A stretch of 55,000 nt of DNA from Basidiobolus meristosporus CBS 931.73 (taxonomy: Eukaryota > Fungi > Basidiobolomycota), in the NCBI GenBank assembly GCA_002104905.1, contig MCFE01000593.1, forward strand, positions 1 to 55,000, given 5' to 3'. Below the pieces are notes generated by a model, which did not search any database, was not told the DNA's origin, and saw only the letters and a program-made list of their open reading frames with translations. Position numbers and translations under genes: made by a program. This document shows positions 40,338-52,925 of this stretch, in pieces. Within the stretch, counting starts at the first letter, position 1. Each line of letters starts with the position of its first letter.

Positions 40338-41407
40338 TGTGGTGGTGTATAGGTCCAAGGGAGAGATACATCCAACACTTCTCAAGTGTTTTGTGTGTGG
40401 GGTGTTCACTGGGTGCAATAACCTCTGGCAAAAGCTTGCTAGGACTACTTGGGTTCTGTCTCTAATCTAATGTGAAGGGGAATAAAGCCACAAGCTTGTC
40501 AAGGGAAAACTATTGAGCTACAATCCCCAACTTAGCTGGCGTCTTAACAAAAGTATGTGCTGGGTTCAGTGTCCTTTGAGATGACAATGTACTAAAGCCT
40601 CCAAAGTCAAAACAACTGTAAACTCCACCAGCAGGGACTTGATAAGAATGCAGCTGTGGTCAATAGTTACAAAGACAGAAAAGTATCTTTGCCTGTACAA
40701 CAACAAACTTGGGAAAGAATCAAATATAATAAAAGATACCTACTCTGAGTATTCCTCACAAGTAGTGCCTCCAAGGTCAGTTGGCTGTCAGCACGGTTTC
40801 CTGGGAGTGTCCTGTGGTCTGGGGTTGGAAGTTCAGGTAGCAGCAGGTAGCAGTGATCACACTAATCAACAAGTTGGTATATTGATAAAAGGGATGATGA
40901 TTTATTGTTGAGGGATAGCCTCCCTTATATACTTTTCTCACTGGCTAAGTGATTACTAATCATGGTGTTCCAGAAGGTTCCGGAGATCAGTAGAAATCTT
41001 AATGACATCAGAATGACCTAAGAATGTTCTAAGTAGGTGCCGGAAGGTTCTAAGAGGCACAGCACATCCAACCAATCAGGAATCAGTATTCTGAAACCTT
41101 TGTAACATGGGATACCGTATATGTTATGGAAATGGTAGGGATGGTGACACGGGCTGATCATGTGTCACAGGTACTGGCGCGGGTACTTGCCTAATATAGA
41201 AGTACTTATAGCTAGTAATCTTACATAAAGTGAGGGGTAACTTATGCAATAAGGTAAGCAGGTGTGATAGTCAACTGGCTTATGAGATAGTACTGAATGG
41301 GTAAGACAAATGGGATAAAACTAAAATAAGTGTAGTAGAGATATAGGGAAGTAGAAAATAAGGGAATGAGCACATCTGTCAGTTGGTGTCACTGTCACCC
41401 CACTACA
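40338..41407 (-). mobile_element. Solo LTR, family C (1070 bp), inside the zinc-knuckle codons of copia-A copy 3 gag
   Basis: Perfect TSD CCGG/CCGG (40334-40337 / 41408-41411); the empty site is CAGACCGGTG at 15696-15705 in copy 1. Confidence 0.93.
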
Positions 41408-44400
41408 CCGGTTGCTTAATAAGAGAAATATTCAGCAAAAGACGCCTGATTATGGAAATGCTGCAACAGCTGAAGGTAGACTATTCATATCAGCACTGAA
41501 TATGACCACAAACATGGATTCTCAAACGCAGTATATCTACTCTGGAGCATCTCAATATCTTACACACCAAAAAAACTTTTTACCCATTACCAAGAAACTC
41601 CAAACAAGAAGGTTTTCATGGGTGACAATGGTACACTTGATGCAGTTGGAGAAGGACCTATCCAATTAAACCTTAGAAGCACTGAAGGAAGCCATACACT
41701 GCCCTTTAAAGAAGTACTCTATGTACCAGAAATAGCCAAGAACCCACTATCTGTAAGCAAGGCTACAGCAGAAGAACTCAGTTTCAGTTTTGGCAATTCT
41801 GGAGGCAGGATCACTGATCAAAATGGTGCCCATATTGCTTTGGGTATCAGGGATTGGAATCTATACAAGTTGACTTACATTCCATCATATTTGGAAGCCA
41901 ATGTAAGTGACTTAAATGAAGAAACACCAATGCTTTGGCACAGGAGATTTGGGCACATCAATATTGATTATTTGCGTAAAATGATCAAAGATCAGCTGAT
42001 TTCTGGAGTGAAAATTGATCCCCCAGCTAATTTGGAGCACTGTGAAGCCTGCATATATGGGAAACAAGCCAGACAACTGTTCAAGAGCTCTGGGTTAATC
42101 ACAACTAAGAAAAAATTAGATCTAATTCACCCAGATCTGTATGGACCTATGCAAAATATATCCTTAGGCAGGATGAAGTATTTAATCACTTTTATTGATG
42201 ATTATACAAGATACATGTGGGTCTACTTCATGGAGAGAAAGGAAGAAGCTCTGTCTAAGCTCAGGGAATTTAAAGTCATGGTGGAGAGAGAAACTGGTGA
42301 AAAAATCAAGAAAATACGCTCTGACAATGGTGGAGAATATACCTCAAAACTCCTCATCCACTTCTGCAAAATTCATGGGATAAAGCAAGAGACTACTGTA
42401 CCATACTCCCCACAGCAAAATGGAGTAGCAGAATGTGCCAACAGATCAATAATTAATATGGCAAGATATATGATCCATGATCAAAAATTATCCTTTGATT
42501 TTTGGGTGGAATCAGTTGCCACTGCTGTATATCTTAAAAATAGGAGTTATAACAGAATACTTTGTGGTTCTACTCCATTTGAAGCATGGAATGGATATAG
42601 ACCAAGTACAGGACATCTAAGAATATTTGGGTTTACAGCATATGCCAAGAAACTGCCCAGAAATCAGTCTAATTTTGAGCCAAAAAGTGTAAAATGCATA
42701 TTTTTGGGCAACCCCAATGAGAGTAAGGCATACCAGCTCTACAATACCAAAGCAAAGAAGTTAATCAAGTCCAGGGGTGTGTTGCTTGATGAAATCTCAA
42801 GATATTTACAAAAAGTAATATCAGATGATGACAAAAATCTAATCTCAAGTCCCCTGATGGTCAGGATAGAATCAGAGCAAAACAATGCAAAACTCTCACT
42901 CTAGAGGACTCTACAACAGTGGTTCAGCCTGTCTCAGTGCCCAGGAATATCCCAGAAATGGACATTCCAGTATCAAATGCCCAGATATCCAACCAGACAA
43001 GAAATTGCCCAAATTACCAAATCAATGAGGGTACAGCATAGCCTATGCCTATTCAGTCCACATTTATGAGCCCCAGACTGTAAACAAGACCCTGAATATC
43101 CTGCAGTCAGAGTTTTGGAGATCTGCAATGGCTGAGGAATATCAGGCACTGATGGAAAACTATACTTGATTGATATTGGTTATTGCAGCAAAATATAAGT
43201 TTTTTATACATCAAATGGATTTAAAACCTGCATTTTTAAGTGGAGAACTCAATGAGGATGTGTATATGGATCAGCCCAAGGGGTTTGTTGACTAAGATAA
43301 CTCCCATTTGGTCTGTAAGCCTAAAAAATCTCTATAGGGTGACAAACAATCACAAAGAGCCTGGAATTGTAAGATAGATTCTCATTTGGAGTATTTGAGT
43401 TTAAAAAGGAGTAATGCTGACTATAGTATATACTATAAGCCAAATAGAGCAAATCCAGTTCTATTAGTTCTATATGTGGATGATCTTATTATAGCCACCA
43501 ATAACCTAGAAACATTGGAAGAGACTAAACCCAGCCTATCTAAAGAGTTCAAGATATCCAATCTAGGAGAACTCAGTTACTACTTAGGGATAGAGTTCCC
43601 CATAGACAGAAGTACCCAGACTTTCACCCCAAGCCAATCCAAGTATACTCAAGATATACCAAACAAGTACCAAATATATCACTGTAAACTGGCAGCCACC
43701 CCAATGTAGACAAATTTTAACTTGGTCAAAACTCAACTAAATCAAGAGAGCTTAGTGCCATTTGAAAGCCCTGACTTTCCTTATCAGTATATGGAAGGCA
43801 ATCTGATGTATATTATGCTTGGAAAATGTCCAGATATCTCATATTCAGTGGGAGTTGTCAGCAAACATAATCAGAACTATGGATCTAATCATATTGCAGC
43901 AGTTAAGCAAATTTTTAGATATCTAAAAGGAACTGCTGATATGCACTTACAATTCACTTATAAGGATTCAGAACAGGATCTTGTGGAATACTCTGATGCT
44001 GATAGGGGACAAAACTTAAAAGACAGAAGATCCACCACAGGATACACCTTTCTTTACTGTCAAGGAGCAATTTCATGGAACTCAAGAGAGCAACCAACTG
44101 TCACACTCTCCACCACAGAGGCAGAGTACATAGCAACCTGTGAAGCTACAAAAGAAGCAATGTAGTTAAGAAAGCTTTTTTAGATTTATGCTTATGTCAA
44201 AAAATGCCTGTTACTTTATTTCATGATAATTTAGGATTTATATAATTAGGTACAAATCCAACTTTTCATGCCAGAACTAAGCACATAGATATTAGACATC
44301 ATTTCATATGTGAAGCTATAGAGAATAACTTAGTTAGCTTGGCTTACTGTCTCTCAGATGAAATGATTGCAGACATATTTGGCAAACCATCTGCTAGAGA

Positions 44401-47400
44401 CAAGCTTGAATATCTTAGGTCAAATTAGGACTAGTCAGTATGAGCATTCAGCTGAGTTGGAGTGTTGAAAACTTGCAATTCCACCTGAATATTAGCCTAA
44501 CTTAGTCATATAGATCATTACCTTCAAATCCTAGGGAATACTGACTAAGTTCATTTTTGCATTTACTTAGAAAATTTTCAACAAGTTACCAGATACTCAG
44601 AACATGAAAATCAAATAAGCTGTCCAAATAGCTCCAAACTTTGCACATATGCTTTTGGGACCTTCCTTAACCTATTCTAAATGTTAGGTATGTCAAGACC
44701 ATATAAAAGTATAAATACTACTTTTACATTCAATAAATCATTAAGTGAAACCACATAATCTACTTGTCCTCCCAATCACTTCCAATATCTCCAAAACTCC
44801 TACAACATGTCTCCACTGAGGTAGCTGCTAGCTTAATGTCATCCATTTGGTACTCCTTTAGTATATCTTGAATATACTTGGATTGGCTTAGGGTGATAGT
44901 CTGGGTACTTCTGTCTATGGAGAACTTCATGCCTAAGTAGTAACTGAGTCCTCCTAGATTGGGCATCTTGAGCACATTGGTTAGGCTGGATTTGGTCTCT
45001 TTGAATGTTTCTAGTTTATTGGTAGCTGTAATAAGATCATCCACATATAGAGCTAAAAGAACTGGATTTGCTCTATCTGGCTTATAGTATATGCTATAGT
45101 CAGCATTACTCCTTTCAAATTCAAAGATTTCAAATGAGAATCTATTTTGAAATTCCAGGCTCTTGTTGATTGTTTGAGCCCATATAGAGACCTTTTAAGC
45201 TTGCAGGCTAAACAGGAGTTATCTTGGTCAACAAGCCCATCAAGCTGGTCTATATCATGTCCTCATAAAGTTCTCCATTCAAAAATGAGGTTTTTGCATC
45301 TATTTGATGTATAAAAAACTTTTATTTGGCTGCAATAGCCAATATTGATCTTATGATATTAAACTTGGCTACAAGTGCAATGATCTCAGTATATTCAAGT
45401 CCTTTTGTTTGAGAGTATCCTTTGGCCATAAGTCTTGCTTTGTATCTTTCAGTTAAACCATCAGCCTTGTATCTTGTCTTGAAGACCCATCTGCATCCAA
45501 TTGATTTTTGGTTAATTGGTAATTTGACTAAGTCCCAAGTTTGATTTTCCATCAGGGCCTTATATTCCTCAGTCATTGCAGATCTCCAAAGCTTTGTCTG
45601 AGGGCTATTTAGGGCCTCTTTTACAGTCTGGGGCTCATCAATATGGACTGAATAGGCATAGGCTAAGTATGTACCCTCATTGATATAGTAGTTTGGGCTA
45701 TTTCTTGTCCAATTGGATCTCCAGGCATTAGATACTGGAATGATCACTTCTGAAAAATCCTGGACACTGATTCTGGCTGAATCACAGTTTTAGAGTCCTC
45801 TGGAGTGAAAAAACTTTCATTGTTTTGCTCTGATTTAATCCTGACAATTGGTGGACTTGAGATCAGATTTTTGTCATCATTGGATGTCATTTTTGTGAAA
45901 ACTTTGAGTCTGCATCAAGCACCACATCCCTGGACCTAATCAACACATCCCTGGACTTGATTGGCTTCTTTGCCTTGGTATTATAGAGTCTGTATGCTTT
46001 ACTCTCTTTGCAGTAGCCTAAAAATAAGCATTTCACACTTTTTGGTTCAAATTGTGACTGATTTCAAGGCAGTTTCTTGGCATATGTTCTACACCCAGAT
46101 ATTTTTAGATGTTTTGCACTAGACCTGTATTCATACCATGATTCAAATGGAGTAAAATCACAGAGTATTCAGTCTTAACTCCTATTTTTAAGGTATACAG
46201 CTGCAGCAACTAATTCCACCCAAGATTCATAGAATAATTTTTGATCATGAATCAGAGATCTTGACATATCAATTATTGATCTGTTTGCACATTGTGATAC
46301 TCAATTTTGCTGTGAGAGTATAGTGCAGTAGTATCTTGCTTTGTCCCATGAACTTAGCACAAGTGGATGAAGAGTTTTGAGATATACTTTCCTCCATTGT
46401 TAGAGCATATTTTCTTGATTTTTTCACCAGTTTCTCTCTCCAACATGTCTTTAAGCTCCCTAAACTTAGGTAGAGCTTCTTCCTTTCTCTCTATGAGGTA
46501 GACCCACATGTATCTTGTATAATCATCAATAAAAGTGATTAAATAACTCATCCAACCTGAGGATAAATTTGGCATTGGTCCACACAGATCTGAGTGAATT
46601 AGATCTAATTGTTTCTTATTTTTGATTAACCCAAAGCTCTTGAACAGCTGTCTGGCTTGTTTCCCATATAGGCAGGCTTCACAGTGCTCCAAATTAGCTG
46701 GGGGATCAATTTTTACTCCAGAAATTAGCTGATCTTTGATCTTTTTGCACAATTATCAGAACTGATGAGCCCAAATCTCCTGTGCCAATGCATTTGTGTC
46801 TTCATTTAAGTTACTTATATTGGCTTCCAGATATGATGGAATATAAGTCAACTTGTAAAGATTCTGCTCTCTGATACCCAAAGCAATTTGGGTGCCATTT
46901 TGATCAGTGATCCTGCATCCAGAACTGTCAAAGCTGAAACTGAGTCCTTCTGCTGTGGCCTTGCTTACAGATAGTAGGTTCTTGGCTATTTCTGGTACAT
47001 GGAGTACTTCTTTGAAGGTAGTGTATGGCTTCCTTCACTGTTTCTAAGGCTTGACTGGATAGGTCCTTCTCCCACAGCATCAAGTGTTCTATTGTCACCC
47101 ATGAATACCTTCTTAATTGGAATTTCTTGGTATTGGGTAAAATTCTTTTTGGTGTGTAAAGTGTTGAGATGCTCCAGAGCCAATGTACTGCATCTGAGAA
47201 TCCTTGTTTGTGGTCATAGAAATTCCAGTACTAGCGGTAGTAGACATTGCAGAGAGTGACAGCTTGGGGCTCATAATCTGTTGTAAGAGTCATGGAGATG
47301 TTGGAAGCAATTGGGAGAACAAGTAGATTTTGTGGCTTTCAGTTAATGATCTATTGAATGTAAAAGCAGAATTTGTACTTTTACATGGTCTTGGCATAAC

Positions 47401-47627
47401 AAGGTTGTAGAATAGGTTTGGGAACACCCCAAGAGCATGTGTGCAAAGTTTGGGGCTGTTTGGACAGTTTATCTAATTTTCATGTTCTAGGTACCTGATA
47501 TTTTAGTGAAAATATTCCAAGTAAATCCTGACAAGGAATTTGGTCAGTATTTTCCAGGATTTGAAGGTAATGATCCAAGTGACTAAGTTAGGTGAATATT
47601 CACGTGGAATCCCAAATTTTCACAACA

Positions 47628-48300
47628 CTGACAAGAATATCAACACATGGGACTTTCCCTGAGACACTCTTACCATTGGGTTTGCAAAGGCTCCTTAAAG
47701 TAGAAGTGCTTTGTCTGACCTGAATCAAACAAAAAGTGTGTATCATGCAATTATTTGAGCTCCCCAGATCACTTACAATACTCCCTAGAGTCCTGCAACA
47801 ATACAAAGGTTAACATTTCTCTTGCTGTCCCATGTACATACTTTGCATCCCAGCCCCACCTGGCAAGCCACTTGCCAGGAGATACAAATTTCCTGGCTTA
47901 TCAATATCTCACTGGAGAAACTCACTGGCTGTGATTCCCCTAAATATACATTGCCCAGGAAAGGATCCTTCTTTAGAACAAGTGGAATATATGTACATGT
48001 ATATACTGGATGCCTATTAGTTGGCATTAAGCCCAGAAAGATCTCACTTTTCAATCAATCATCCCAATAGTAAATGAACCACCCCCCCCATCATTGGTAG
48101 CTTGGCTGTTTGGTTGACCAGGAGGATCTGAGAGTATGAAGGGACCCAGCAACTGAGGGCAAAAGTTCTGCCACTTGGATGGTGATCCAGGCTCATGGTG
48201 AAGCAATTGATATGATGAGGATGGGATTGACCAATGGAAGGGATGGCAAATGTACCAAAAAAAATACCACCCACTCCTGTGGCAAACCCGGGTAGCAGGG
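47628..48300. other. Unclassified CpG-depleted relic, probably transposon-derived
   Basis: Same CpG depletion as the repeat domain. Only weak minus-strand motifs (LLGPF; FLFDSG) and no convincing family assignment. Confidence 0.3.
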
Positions 48301-49329
48301 TAACCAGGCCCCATATCCATCTCATCAATGCCAGCCGGGAGTTGGGGAGGAGAACCTGAACACTGCTTTCTTATACCGACCCGTCACACCATGGGCGTGA
48401 TAAATCGGGTGTAGATGTGGTTTCAGGGGTACACAGCTGCACTACTGCTACTCGCACACCCAGGCGCTTACGAAAGAATGGATCAAGGCCTGTATGATGA
48501 GCACCTGTTTGGCGCATCCTGCCAACGGGATCCCGTCAATCCATCAGAGGCAAGGTTCTGTAACTGGATGGGTCTGAGTGTTGGGGACGGAAAAGGAATA
48601 GTAAGCGGGGGGGTTAGTTCCCAAGATCGATCACCATTCATGAGACGAGGGGAGGCGTAGGCATCTACCGTGGACTTCACAAGGGCCAACCAGCCAGTGG
48701 CCCCCCCCGGGATGTTCGATGGACGGATGGATGGCGTTCCGAAGACGAAGTCCAACACACTAGCGGCAGGTAAATCGATGGGTATGTGGTACGGAAGCCA
48801 TGCGCTGAGAAAACACTGGGAGAGGCTTAAGATCTCAATGACTGTTTGTGCCCGGACAGTAGATGAAACACCATGCGTACCGCACCACGCCACACCACAC
48901 CACATCGCACCCATTTGGCTTCAAGGTATAGGCCATCGGTTATTCCAGTGAGCAGGGAGGATCGGTTACCAGATAGGCCTATTCGCCGTGGCGTACGTCC
49001 GATCGAGGAAGTGAGGTTATTCCCCGCAAGGTCGACATCAAATCACCGTGGACGGAGTGGTACACAGCCATCGGATGCAGGCCAACTCCAACCATTGCCT
49101 CGCATTGCAGCACTCACTCGTGCGGAGTAACGAGGCATCATTACTGCCAGGACCGAGCACTCCGATGTGGATGCCGGCTGCATGTGGTGGTCACCCAACC
49201 ATCCAGCAAATTCTCCTCTCCGCCGACGAGAAAATCTCCCTTAAAGCCGAGGCGGGGGACAAAAAGGCGGCTCCCCCTCCCCACCACCACCGAGGATTTC
49301 GTCCACACACACACACCCACCAACCCATC

Positions 49330-50727
49330 ATGGCCCCGATAGTACCAGCCTTCACGGATTATCTTATCGGCTTCATCGTATCCTTGGCCGCGTCCTTCCT
49401 CAACGCCTTGGGTCTTAACATCATGAAGCGAGACCACTCCCGCAACGAAGCCCTTTCGACGGAACTCCAGAAGCACGAGTTCCTGCGGGTGAATTGGCAC
49501 ATCGGGCTATACCTTTACGCGGGGAGTCAAATGTTTGGTAACACCATCGCCTTAAGTGCGTCCACCCATTCCCCATTCCCTCTTTCCCCAGGAGGACCTT
49601 TACTTACCAACCGACCCCCCCCGTTTACCAGATTATCTCAAGACCCAGTGGGTGGCCCCCCTGGGCGCGGTATCGTTGATCTTCAACTTCCTCTTCGCGA
49701 AGATGCTGGTCGGAACGCCCATCACTCGGAAAGACATCTACGGGACGGCGGTGGTGATCCTGTGCGTCGTCTGGATTGTTGTGTGGGGAGGTAGAGGGAC
49801 CGGGGAGGATGGTAGGTGGGAGGAACCCGTGATTGGTTGCGTGCCTTGACATTGACGTGCTCTATTCCACGATCTAGCGGAAAACGATTTGACCCTGGAC
49901 CGACTGAAATCCCTGTATCTTCGGCCGGTGTTCATCGTCTACTTCTCCGTCCTCGACTTCATCACCCTGGTGGGCTTTCTCGCCGGGCTTTACGTGAAGT
50001 ATTGCCTGGAGGGAGCTGCCGATCGCCACGTGACTCTGCTCGGGTACGTGGTCAGCCGGAGGAGGCTCGAGAAAACCCTGGGCATGTGTATGGCGGGGAT
50101 TGGTGGCTTGGTGGCCAGCCAGACGCTGTTGCTGGCGAAAAGCGGGTAGGTTCCAGTGCATTTACCCCCGACGACCTGACTGCTAACGATTACCACAGCG
50201 TCAAACTGTTCACCATCACCATGACACAGACCAACCAATTCACCGACAGCCTTTCCTTCCTAATCCTGGTGGGGTTGGTGATAACATCCGTCATGCAGGT
50301 AAGCACCCGGACCCCCTCCCCCAGACCGTCAAAGGCTAGGCTTACTTACGACCGGGCCTGTTTCCCCTAGATCTACTGCCTCAACGCCGGGCTTAAGCTG
50401 GCCGACTCGGTGTTGATCGTCCCGATTTTCTTCGGATTCTACACCTCCACGGGTCTGATCAACACCATCATCTACCTAAACCAACTGGCGAACTACGAGG
50501 TATGGGTGCTCTCCCTGATCCTGGTGGGAATCTTCGCCCTGATCTACGGGGTGAGGCTGCTCTCCCAAGCCAAGCCCGACCCGGGGGCCAGTGTCGAGAG
50601 GCTCGAGTTCGGGAAAGAGAAACAGCTGAGGGTCAGCTACCGGAAACCCGACGACCCCATCAGATACTCCAAGAAATCCCATCTCTGGACCAACGACGAC
50701 GACGGTTTTGAAAACATCAAGCTCTAA
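49330..50727 (+). CDS. NIPA/DUF803-family (drug/metabolite transporter superfamily) probable Mg2+ transporter; exons 49330-49555, 49632-49811, 49878-50145, 50199-50298, 50371-50727
   Basis: Spliced product has ASFLNALGLNIMKR, YLKTQWVAPLGAVSLIFNFLFA, LAKSG|VKL, MQ|IYCLNAGLKLADSVLIVPIFF. GT-AG introns of 53-76 nt keep the frame. The exon 2 donor could alternatively be at 49791. Confidence 0.85.
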
Positions 50728-50964
50728 CCCCCCCCCCGAGGACACCCCGCTATCTACCGTTTATCCTCGAGAATGTAAATACCCAATAGATTAAAATAAA
50801 CCGGCTTTTTGAACTTTCGAGCATGGAACGGAGGCGGGGTTTTGGAACAGAGGCGTGGTTTTAACTGTCTATTTATTGGATGTCTCGGTGGATGCTATCT
50901 ATACTCGGTGAAAATGGGAACCTAGGCCAGCTTTGCAGTTGCTCAATTTCCGGACGGCACAGCC

Positions 50965-52925
50965 CTAGCCGACCCCATGATAGGTGATCCCTACGCTGGA
51001 GACAGCGTCCTTGAGAGCAAACATGAACTGTGCTTCCGGTTAGTCGGTGTGCGGGGAGGGAAGGATGAAAGGCCGAGCTTACCATGTTTCGGCGCTTCGA
51101 GTGCTCGCTCTCGTTCTGCCAGTTCCCTTTGTACGGGACCTCGATCTCGAGCGTCATCTGGCTAGGGTCAGGAAAGTCGCTCAGGGTGATCTTGGTTTCG
51201 TTCTTGAACTCCCGGCTACACTCGTTGAGGAATTGGACGAGCTTCAGTTCGAGTTGGTGGATCTGCTTCATCGTCGTGGAGCTGTCCACCAGCACCCGGA
51301 GAATCTCCGAGATATCGCCGGAACGGCGGATGTTTTCGATGCTAGAGCCGGAGATGCTGTTGTTGGGGATGATGACCACGGTCCCTTCCGGAGTTTCAAA
51401 GACCGTACTCAGGAGCCCCATCTCCTTCACGATGTAGGATTTGTCGTCGATGTTGACCCGGTCGCCTAGATACGCCTTAGATAAACATCCGATGACCAAC
51501 TCAACTTGGCCCACTTACCTACGTCAAAGGGATGGCGGACAAAGAGGAACACGATGCTCTCGAAGACTGCCTGGGCTGAGGATCCGGTCATGAAGCTGAC
51601 AGCTACCAGGATAGAACCGGCGGTAGCGATGTATGTTTCAAACTTGGAGACAAACGAGGCCACCAACACGAGAACGACGATCACATACACAATGGCCATG
51701 AGAATGGAATCCAGCTTGGCTGTGGAAAGAAAAGCAGTCAGAAACCCGGGGCAAATCACCAGCATCTACACACGAAACTACCTATTGCTTTGTCCAGATC
51801 CTTGAGGGATTTGGTCAGCGCTTGCTTTTCCTGGTAGATCTCCTGGAGAGAGAGAATCAGGTCATCCCGGACTATGTCGCCTTTCGAGTACTGATCGAAG
51901 TAGACGAACGCCCGCTCGGCTCTCTCGACGGTCTGGAACACCTCCTTGAACTCCCTGACCGTAATCGCCTTCTTTTCCGGTGGGCACAGTGCGGCGAAAA
52001 TCCGTCTGGCCAGCACTCGCGCATCGTGCGAGCTTTGCACGGCGTGAAAGGGCTCCGCCTTGTCGGTGCCCCCGGTGGCGATATCTGATGCGATGGTGCC
52101 CAGCGTCGAGGTGGTCTTCTCCAAGGCGTTCTTGGTCTGAGAGAGGAATCGGAAGACGGTGAACTTGGGTCTTCTGTGCGAGCTCATATCATCGATGATT
52201 GGCATTTCCTTCTCGCGCTCCCTGGTAAACTCGGCCAGTTTGTTGATGATGTTGATGGCATAGCGGTTGATTAGGATGCGATCCTGATAGGATGCCTTGT
52301 GGAATTTGACCGCGATCACCTGGAGAAACAGCTTCTCGATGGTGACGGCCGCACTGGTCACTATTAGAACGATGTATATTTTCTTGAGCCAGTCGGACCG
52401 GAAATCATTGGTGGTCGCTATGACGGCCTCGAATAGAACCCAGGTGACGATGCAAAACACAAGGAAAGAGATATAATTGTGGAGCTGTCGAACGTAGTTC
52501 ATGTACTGCTTCACCAGCGAGGTAAGCTCACCGAGCAGCATCTCCAACAGGTTGGGTAGGACGTGGATGAGGACCCTCGACAGGAAGAAGGTGGACCACA
52601 GGATGATGGCGAAGACGCACCACCAACCCAGGGTGACCCCGGATATGTTCACCCGACGAAACACTGTGAAGTCCAACGCAGCAATAAGCCCGAATATACA
52701 GTCTACCGGCAAGACCAATATGGCGGTTCGTTGGAAGAGATTGAAACGGTAAAGCCACACCATAAAATGATCCCATCGGGTCTCAACCTCGGGGGTGATG
52801 GCACCCATCTTCAAGGCAAGGTGGGATATATCATCATCCGAGCTGTGGATCGAGTTCTTCGAACTGTTGGCTTCTAAATCATAAGCGCCCTTTTCCATCG
52901 AATGGTCAGCTTTTTCTTCGGCCAT
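50965..52925 (-). CDS. MscS-family mechanosensitive ion channel, fungal Msy1/Msy2-like; exons 52925-51782, 51719-51519, 51465-51083, 51027-50965
   Basis: N-terminal TM helices, EKLFLQVIAVKFH..SY..RI, EF-hand-like FDQYSKGDIVRDDL, MscS core FLFVRHPFDVGDRV.ID...VKEMGLLSTVF...PN...IENIRRSG, C-terminal FMFALKDAV..VGITY. GT-AG introns of 53-62 nt. Confidence 0.9.

Larger units (their letters stand above)
31512..44807 (+). mobile_element. Copia-A copy 3, inserted in the RT of copy 4; split 5' LTR (31512-31730 + 39463-~39596), PBS GGTTATCAGCCC, 3' LTR 44463-44807
   Basis: 5-bp TSD TGTCT (31507-31511 / 44808-44812). The 428-aa ORF 41618..42904 is protease end plus integrase. Confidence 0.88.
30408..47627 (-). 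mobile_element. Copia-A copy 4 (outer shell): 3' LTR 30408-30755, RH/RT to 31511, resumes 44808-47278, PBS, 5' LTR 47279-47627; most of gag deleted
   Basis: Reverse-complement LTRs, PPT and PBS (GATTATGAGCCC). RT reads through the insert (AAATSVET|KLDLV). Outer flanks CACAC/CTGAC do not match as a TSD. Confidence 0.8.

Noticed and set aside
41618-42904. 428-aa ORF as a host gene
   Set aside because: It is the protease end and integrase of copia-A copy 3.
1-48300. Classical ascomycete RIP (CpA to TpA) as the main decay process
   Set aside because: CpA/TpG remain abundant and the visible deficit is CpG. A few TGG-to-TAG changes and many transversions occur, so a minor contribution is not excluded without counting.
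47628-48300. Chromodomain or integrase tail on the minus strand
   Set aside because: Motif matches are too weak and frame-inconsistent to support a call.
49048-49329. N-terminal extension of the NIPA ORF in the six-frame track
   Set aside because: Low-complexity upstream sequence; the family-like hydrophobic sequence starts at ATG 49330.
50873-51514. 213-aa ORF as a separate gene
   Set aside because: It is exon 3 of the MscS gene read through the flanking introns.
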